Below, in pieces: positions 56,234-61,519 of a stretch of DNA of 61,519 nucleotides. A program made the position numbers and the translations under genes. The stretch is from positions 1 through 61,519 of the IMG/VR virus record IMGVR_UViG_3300032213_001563. One strand, 5' to 3'. Each line of letters begins with the position of its first letter. Position 1 is the first letter of the stretch. A model generated the notes under the pieces. It was not told the DNA's origin and did not search any database. It saw nothing but the letters and a program-made list of their open reading frames with translations. The DNA is from a virus. Its lineage: Duplodnaviria > Caudoviricetes.

Positions 56234-58414
56234 ATGACACGCTATTTTTCCCTCCCAAACTTGGCCGGAACCGACGTCAGGCTCGAAGAGCCCGCCGAAT
56301 GGCCGCCAGAACTAGAAGGATCGCTATCCTTCCCATCCAAGGAAGACTTCCGCTCGTGGTGCGTCCAGCCCACGACAGACCACATCTTCTACAGCCTAGC
56401 CGAAGGCGTATCCCCGCGCATCCGCGTCAACATCCATGAGAACCCCGCGCATGTGCTGCACGGATTCGTGGCCGATTACGACGGGGCGGGGATCGTTGTC
56501 AGCGAATTGGTCGAACGCTGCAAGAAGCTGTCCGAGCGTATCCGCCCGACATGGGTAACGGAGACCTACTCCAACAAAGCCCGCGTTATCTGGGAGTTCG
56601 CCGAACCGGTACAACTCACCGGAGACCGCAAGCTCGACGACAAGTTCATCCGAAACCTTGGCAAGGAGCTAAAGGTCGAAACATTAGCCCCAGGACTAGA
56701 CGAGGCTAGCTACGATACTAAGATGTATTGGGAGTTTGGCCGCGCATGGCACCAAATCGGCGGCAAGGTTGACCGGGAGCTGACATTCGCCAACTGGCTC
56801 AAGGTCATCGAGAAGATGAAAACCGAGGGCACCGATCGCGGAGACTCCGTAATCCCGATCGACGTAGTCGCCGCCGCGCTGGAAAAGCGGTACCCAACCT
56901 TCAAAGCAAGATGGGTCGGCGACTTCATCCCTGGAGCACGCGGCCCGCTATTCTGGATTGACGACGGTATCGAGCGCAGCGGTTGCGTTGTCACCGACAT
57001 CGGCGTCAGAGCCTTCTCAACCAGATCAGCCAAGGGACTCCTGACATGGGCAGACCTCCTCGGCATGGAGTTCGTCAAGGAATACCAGGAAAAGCGCCTA
57101 TCGTCAGCCGCCGGAGAGACCTACTATGACACGAGCTCCGGCACCTACTGCCTCTACGTGAGCAACGAATGGCGGCGCTACTCGAAGGAAGACCTGCTGA
57201 TGCGGCTAAAAGTGGCCGGAATCAGCCATCGCCTGAAGAATGGCAAGACGGCAACCGAAGCGGAGCAGGTTCTCACCCTGATCCAGGAAACCCGCCGCGT
57301 TGACGGACAGGGTCCGTTCCTGTTCAACGAGAACTCCGTGGTCAACTTCAACGGCTACAAGATGCTGAACACAGCCTGCGTAAATGGCGTCATGCGCCCC
57401 GCCGCAGACGGCAGCCCCAGCAAATGGCCATGGCTACACCAGTTCTTCGAGAACGTATTCGACCCCGTAATCCAAGACGGATGCCACCCAAGGGAGTTCT
57501 TCTTCGCATGGCTGCAGCGTTTCTGGCGTTCGGGACTGAACTGCGAGCCACGCCTGGGACAGCTAGCCGTCCTAGCCGGGAAGCCCAGCAGAGGCAAAAG
57601 CTTCCTCGGTATCGCCGTCCTACGTAAGATCATGGGCGGCGCGGTGGACGCCAGCAACTACCTACTGGAAGGCAAGGGATTCAACCGCGAGCTGGGGGCG
57701 AGCCCGATCTGGAACGTGGACGACTCAAAATCCACGGCGAACTTCAATGACCACAAGCGGTTCTCGGAGATGCTCAAGAAGCACGCCGCCTCCCCGGAAC
57801 TGGTGTTCCACCCGAAATACATGGACGCAATCACTCTGCCGTGGTTCGGGCGGATCTTCATTACCTGCAACGATGACAGCGACTCGCTATCCATACTGCC
57901 AACCCTAGACGGCTCCATCCTCGACAAGCTGCACTTGTTCCGCTGCCACCCAACATGGAAGGCGGAGTTCGGCACGCTCAAGGAAAACGACGAGATGCTG
58001 TCCAGGGAGCTTCCGCACTTCCTGGCATGGCTGGACGCATGGGAAGCCCCAGAAGGCGTTATGGACGCCAAAAACCCGCGTTACGGGGTCGTCAGCTATC
58101 ATCACCCTGCCTTGGTGGAAAGCGCGCGGGATAGCTCTCCTGACCACCGTTTCGTCGAAATCCTCGAAGCATGGCGGGTATCCATGATGGATATGCACGT
58201 CAAAGGCAAGCCGACGATCTGGATTGGCTCCTGCACAGACCTCCTCCGGGCGGTCAACTCAGACGCCAGCCTCGCACCCCTGATGCGGAGCTACACTCCA
58301 GTTTCCGTCGGACGCATCCTAGCCAAGATCAAAGAATACTACACTCCGCTAGTTCGGACGACAAAGGTGGGAGGCATATCGCGCTACACCATCGACTACT
58401 CTCTGACGCTCTAG
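56234..58414 (+). CDS. Primase-helicase (N-terminal primase, C-terminal DUF5906/SF3-like P-loop)
   Basis: ADYD, TYS motifs; GKPSRGKS Walker A, WNVDD, ITCN. Confidence 0.8.
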   Translation: MTRYFSLPNLAGTDVRLEEPAEWPPELEGSLSFPSKEDFRSWCVQPTTDHIFYSLAEGVSPRIRVNIHENPAHVLHGFVADYDGAGIVVSELVERCKKLSERIRPTWVTETYSNKARVIWEFAEPVQLTGDRKLDDKFIRNLGKELKVETLAPGLDEASYDTKMYWEFGRAWHQIGGKVDRELTFANWLKVIEKMKTEGTDRGDSVIPIDVVAAALEKRYPTFKARWVGDFIPGARGPLFWIDDGIERSGCVVTDIGVRAFSTRSAKGLLTWADLLGMEFVKEYQEKRLSSAAGETYYDTSSGTYCLYVSNEWRRYSKEDLLMRLKVAGISHRLKNGKTATEAEQVLTLIQETRRVDGQGPFLFNENSVVNFNGYKMLNTACVNGVMRPAADGSPSKWPWLHQFFENVFDPVIQDGCHPREFFFAWLQRFWRSGLNCEPRLGQLAVLAGKPSRGKSFLGIAVLRKIMGGAVDASNYLLEGKGFNRELGASPIWNVDDSKSTANFNDHKRFSEMLKKHAASPELVFHPKYMDAITLPWFGRIFITCNDDSDSLSILPTLDGSILDKLHLFRCHPTWKAEFGTLKENDEMLSRELPHFLAWLDAWEAPEGVMDAKNPRYGVVSYHHPALVESARDSSPDHRFVEILEAWRVSMMDMHVKGKPTIWIGSCTDLLRAVNSDASLAPLMRSYTPVSVGRILAKIKEYYTPLVRTTKVGGISRYTIDYSLTL

Positions 58415-58471
58415 TCAAGCGCCAGCCCCAGGGATCGCCGCTCCCACCCCATGTTCCTTGCGTAGAGGAGC

Positions 58472-58981
58472 ATGGGGTTTATTGTGTTCAGCATGAGCAG
58501 TAGAGGCCGACCACCAACCAGACCCTGCGAGCAATGCTCGAAACCCTTTAGCCCTCCAGCAAGGAGGCCGACCACCCGATACTGTGGAGTCTGCCGAGGC
58601 AAACGGGAGCGAGCCTCAAAGTCAGGATGTATTGAAGATAAGGCAAGGATAATGATCGCGAAAACTAAGAATCGAGCAAAGAACAATAATCTGCCGTTCG
58701 AGATCGACGCGCTCTGGATCGTCATGCAGTGGTACAAGCAGCACGGAAGGTGCTCGCTGAGCGGCAGGCCCATGACGCTCGCTTTTGGCCCGTGCGGCGT
58801 GAGTCTGGAGCGGATCAACTCAGATAAGGGCTACACGCGGCGCAATACCGTCCTAGTGGCATTGCAGGTCAATTCCATGAAGAGCGACATGAAGCTGCAG
58901 GACTTCTTGGACTGGTGCAGGACCGTGACCGAATACAGCGAATCGAAGGGGGGAGAGCCCCTCGAAAACTTAAATCGTTGA
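58472..58981 (+). CDS. Putative HNH-like endonuclease with Zn finger
   Basis: CEQC...CGVC; RCSLSG...SLERINSDKGYTRRN...NSMK. Confidence 0.65.
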   Translation: MGFIVFSMSSRGRPPTRPCEQCSKPFSPPARRPTTRYCGVCRGKRERASKSGCIEDKARIMIAKTKNRAKNNNLPFEIDALWIVMQWYKQHGRCSLSGRPMTLAFGPCGVSLERINSDKGYTRRNTVLVALQVNSMKSDMKLQDFLDWCRTVTEYSESKGGEPLENLNR

Positions 58982-59054
58982 AACTGAGTCAATTAGCCCT
59001 CAAAAAGAAGGAGATGAGGGGGATGCGGTGGGGTAAAAATGGGTGTCCTACAGT

Positions 59055-60037
59055 CGCAAATCGTTGATCGTGAGCAAACTATGACGATTTAGTAGGGGAG
59101 TGGGGCAGATTTTGAAAAAACAAAAAACTGTCCGGGAATAAACAATCACCAGAAAAAAAAAATATGCCTATATATATATATATCTTTATATTATTAAAGG
59201 TAAGTTAAGTCCTACATCTCCTACTAACACGCGCCAGCCTTTGTCCCAGGCTGATTGCAGCAGGGGGTGGGGGTTGAAAATTGGGGGTATTTTGACCCCT
59301 ACACCCCTACACATTTTGCCCCCTTTTTGCCCCAAAATCGAGGATTGGAGGGTTCTCGGCCCCTGAATCTATTGTGAATAACTCTGTTTTGCGTGGTGAT
59401 CTGCCTCTTGAATCCGCTGTTCAGATGAGCAGTTTAAGCTCATTCGATTGAGCATAACCCCTGCCCTTGATTTTACTACTCAGATGAACTGCTGTTAGCT
59501 TGAACCCCTGCCGCCCTGATGCCCTGGATAGGGTTCCTTGGTTGGTCGATTGACCGGATCAGTGTCCTTTGATCGACGGATCAGTGTCCCTTGCTTGGTG
59601 AATCAGGGATCATTGCTAGATGGATCAGGGATGAAGGGATGAAGGGTTGCAGGGGTGTGACGTGCATACTTCCCGCGCTTTTATATACTGTTCACTTGAC
59701 CAGGACCCTGAAATTTGGGGAATTTCTGCGAACCCCTGACCGTATAAATCGCGGCTCAATCCGGCCCCTGACACCTCTACCCGTGGGGGTGTCCACCTCG
59801 CAACGCGTTGATTATCAACGGTTTACGACGCTCCTGACTATGGCTGGGCACATTGTGATGAAGCTTGACGACTCGGGGAAAGCCCCACCTAAATCATTGG
59901 CAATCAACGATTTACGTAAATCCCTACTAATTTAGTGGAGTATTGGGCAAGTCTGGCAGGTCGATCATATATGATTGAACCCGCGAGGGGCGCTCCTGGA
60001 GTCGCTGTCATAACTCGTTCATTATCAGCGGATTATG
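59055..60037. repeat. Four dispersed 29-bp imperfect palindromes (consensus about CGTAAxxCGTTGATTATCAACGxxTTACG)
   Basis: 59055-59083, 59799-59827, 59888-59916, 60009-60037 aligned by eye. Confidence 0.7.
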
Positions 60038-60060
60038 GCTTAGAAACAAATGGCTCTAAG

Positions 60061-60143
60061 GGCTCGTCAAGGTTTGACGAAAGGCTCGTCAAGGTTTGAC
60101 GAAAGGCTCGTCAAGGTTTGACGAAAGGCTCGTCAAGGTTTGA
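60061..60143. repeat. 22-bp tandem repeat GGCTCGTCAAGGTTTGACGAAA (about 3.8 copies), each unit internally palindromic
   Basis: Units at 60061, 60083, 60105 and partial at 60127. Confidence 0.95.
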
Positions 60144-60218
60144 ACCCCTGAACCCCTGAACCCCTGCTACCCTGCTACCTTGAACCATTTCAATCTTAAG
60201 TCACTGTCACTCTATAGG

Positions 60219-60275
60219 AGGGAAGCAGGGAAGCAGGGAAGCAGGGAAGCAGGGAAGCAGGGAAGCAGGGAAGCA
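60219..60275. repeat. AGGGAAGC 8-bp tandem repeat (about 7 copies)
   Basis: Seen directly. Confidence 0.95.
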
Positions 60276-60281
60276 ATCGCT

Positions 60282-60311
60282 CCCTTTCCTAGACAGTCCC
60301 ATGATGAACGC
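60282..60311 (+). promoter_or_regulatory. 30-bp duplicated upstream element, copy 1 (candidate early promoter)
   Basis: CCCTTTCCTAGACAGTCCCATGATGAACGC, identical at 60713-60742. Confidence 0.6.
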
Positions 60312-60369
60312 GCCTCTTTATAATATAGCGCCTCAATCAATCCCACCCCATCCCATCCCATCCCATCCC

Positions 60370-60639
60370 ATGACATCCCATATTGAACCCACCACCGGAG
60401 CAGCCTTCAGCCTCGCCATCAGAAACAGGCGGCAGGCCGTCCAGGCCAGACGCCTACCAGATGGCGTCTCAATACGAGAAATCACGCCCACCTTGGCGTG
60501 GGTCAGCTGCCGGACCTTCGGGGTCTGGGCAAGCGGACGCCGAGCCATTGGCCGGGCGGTTCGGCTCTGCCGTGCTAACGGCGGCGGAAATCAAATTTCC
60601 GCCGCATTGAATGACTGCCGGCTGTGGCCCCGAGACTAA
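60370..60639 (+). CDS. Hypothetical early protein (89 aa)
   Basis: ATG after a (CCCAT)n leader; terminator follows. Confidence 0.5.
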   Translation: MTSHIEPTTGAAFSLAIRNRRQAVQARRLPDGVSIREITPTLAWVSCRTFGVWASGRRAIGRAVRLCRANGGGNQISAALNDCRLWPRD

Positions 60640-60656
60640 TCAATCCCTTCCCATCC

Positions 60657-60691
60657 AAAGGCGCGCCCCCTAAAAAGGGCGCGCCTTTTTT
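60657..60691 (+). terminator. Intrinsic terminator, copy 1
   Basis: AAAGGCGCGCCC-CCTAAAAA-GGGCGCGCCTTTTTT. Confidence 0.85.
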
Positions 60692-60712
60692 GTGGAGAGG
60701 CGGCATCTGCCC

Positions 60713-60742
60713 CCCTTTCCTAGACAGTCCCATGATGAACGC
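60713..60742 (+). promoter_or_regulatory. 30-bp duplicated upstream element, copy 2
   Basis: Identical to 60282-60311. Confidence 0.6.
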
Positions 60743-60794
60743 ATTCCCACATTGGAAAGCGGCACCCTAAATCCAAACACTAGACACCCATCCC

Positions 60795-61298
60795 ATGAAA
60801 TCCGAAACATCCATTCCTTCATCCAACAAAAATCTTATCGCCTTCCTGAAGGCGGTGGAAACGTACAGCAAGTCAGCCTCTAGCTTCCGGGCGAAAGTCC
60901 GGGACATCGTCGCCTCCCTCCAGTTGGAGGGCTTCAGCAATGACGTTATTAAAACGTCAATGAGGGAGGCGGTAAAGGAAAGCGCTGAGGTAACGCCTCA
61001 GTATCTTAACCGCATCTTTGTCCTATCCGCCGAAAAAGGCGGATGTGGATTTGAAAACGAACGCCAGCGGCCTAGCGGGACAAATCCCGCAAAGAGCAAA
61101 GGCAAGCCAGAGGCAGCTAAGCCAGAGGCAGCTAAGCCTAGAGCTAGCCTTGCTAGCTCTGTCAAAATCACGGATGCGGCTTCATTGTTCGCGGCCCTTA
61201 TTGTGAGCTTCGAGGGGAAGACCTCGAAGATTATGCTTCTCGCTGAGAAGCTAGTTTCTCTGTCTGAGGAGCACATTCAAAAGACAGCCAAGAAGTAA
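60795..61298 (+). CDS. Basic hypothetical early protein with KPEAA repeat
   Basis: 167-aa ORF between the duplicated element and terminator. Confidence 0.75.
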   Translation: MKSETSIPSSNKNLIAFLKAVETYSKSASSFRAKVRDIVASLQLEGFSNDVIKTSMREAVKESAEVTPQYLNRIFVLSAEKGGCGFENERQRPSGTNPAKSKGKPEAAKPEAAKPRASLASSVKITDAASLFAALIVSFEGKTSKIMLLAEKLVSLSEEHIQKTAKK

Positions 61299-61315
61299 GC
61301 CAGCCAGCCAGCCAC

Positions 61316-61347
61316 GGCGCGCCCCCTAAAAAGGGCGCGCCTTTTTT
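61316..61347 (+). terminator. Intrinsic terminator, copy 2
   Basis: 35 bp (61316-61350) identical to 60660-60694. Confidence 0.85.
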
Positions 61348-61372
61348 GTGTAGGCATGGCGCGCCTTGCTTT

Positions 61373-61519
61373 GCCTGCCCTTCGATCTTCCCGCCTCGCC
61401 TGCCCTTCGATCTTCCCGCCTCGCCTGCCCTTCGATCTTCCCGCCTCGCCGCGTCTACGTCTAGAACTTCCTGCCCTCGCCGCGTCTACGTCTAGAACTT
61501 CCTGCCCTCGCCGCGTCTA
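61373..61519. repeat. 25-bp tandem repeat GCCTGCCCTTCGATCTTCCCGCCTC x3 merging into the CGTCTAGAAC repeat that continues at position 1
   Basis: Units at 61373, 61398, 61423; then 31-bp units to the end. Confidence 0.95.

Larger units (their letters stand above)
1..61519. mobile_element. Complete or near-complete tailed dsDNA bacteriophage genome (podovirus-like, possibly temperate), circularly permuted
   Basis: TerL, portal, scaffold, capsid, ejection proteins, endolysin, PolA and primase are all present; no host housekeeping genes; both ends lie in the same tandem repeat; no tape-measure or sheath gene recognised. Confidence 0.92.

Noticed and set aside
59591-59935. 114-aa ORF in the control region
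   Set aside because: TTG start, no typical leader, runs across the 29-bp palindromic sites; probably non-coding
60195-60222. CACTCTATAGGAG as a T7/SP6-like promoter
   Set aside because: Single partial match and no single-subunit RNA polymerase gene recognised
1-61519. Stop-codon reassignment
   Set aside because: Standard code gives intact long genes at high coding density, and TAA, TAG and TGA all end plausible genes

Overview
The window looks like one complete, circularly permuted ~61.5 kb tailed dsDNA phage genome with a podovirus-like gene layout, opened inside a 25/31-bp tandem repeat. It has four parts: (1) a + strand early/accessory region (about 60.3 kb through the join to 13.3 kb) of small genes, a MoxR-type AAA+/metallopeptidase/vWA triad, an Acb2/Tad1-like protein and an atypical tRNA-like gene; (2) a - strand virion/lysis operon (48.55 kb down to 13.3 kb) with TerL, glycosyltransferase-like genes, portal, scaffold, major capsid, tail fibre, lysis genes, an Ig/NHL-repeat protein and a 3897-aa ejection-type protein; (3) a + strand recombination/replication operon (48.6-59.0 kb) with a tyrosine recombinase, RuvC-like resolvase, helicase-nuclease fusion, dNTP diphosphohydrolase, family A polymerase and primase-helicase; (4) a repeat-rich non-coding region (59.0-60.3 kb). 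Protein style and the lack of Shine-Dalgarno sites suggest, by inference, a Verrucomicrobia/PVC-type host. The most striking unexplained signal is a 21-22-bp palindrome (CTTAGAACC-N3/4-GGTTCTAAG) present nine times, each at an early-gene boundary, which splits the early region into cassettes. Also notable are other exact cassette-boundary repeats, four 29-bp recombinase-like sites and an overlapping divergent promoter pair between terL and the recombinase. All product calls come from motif recognition by eye; no database searches were run.
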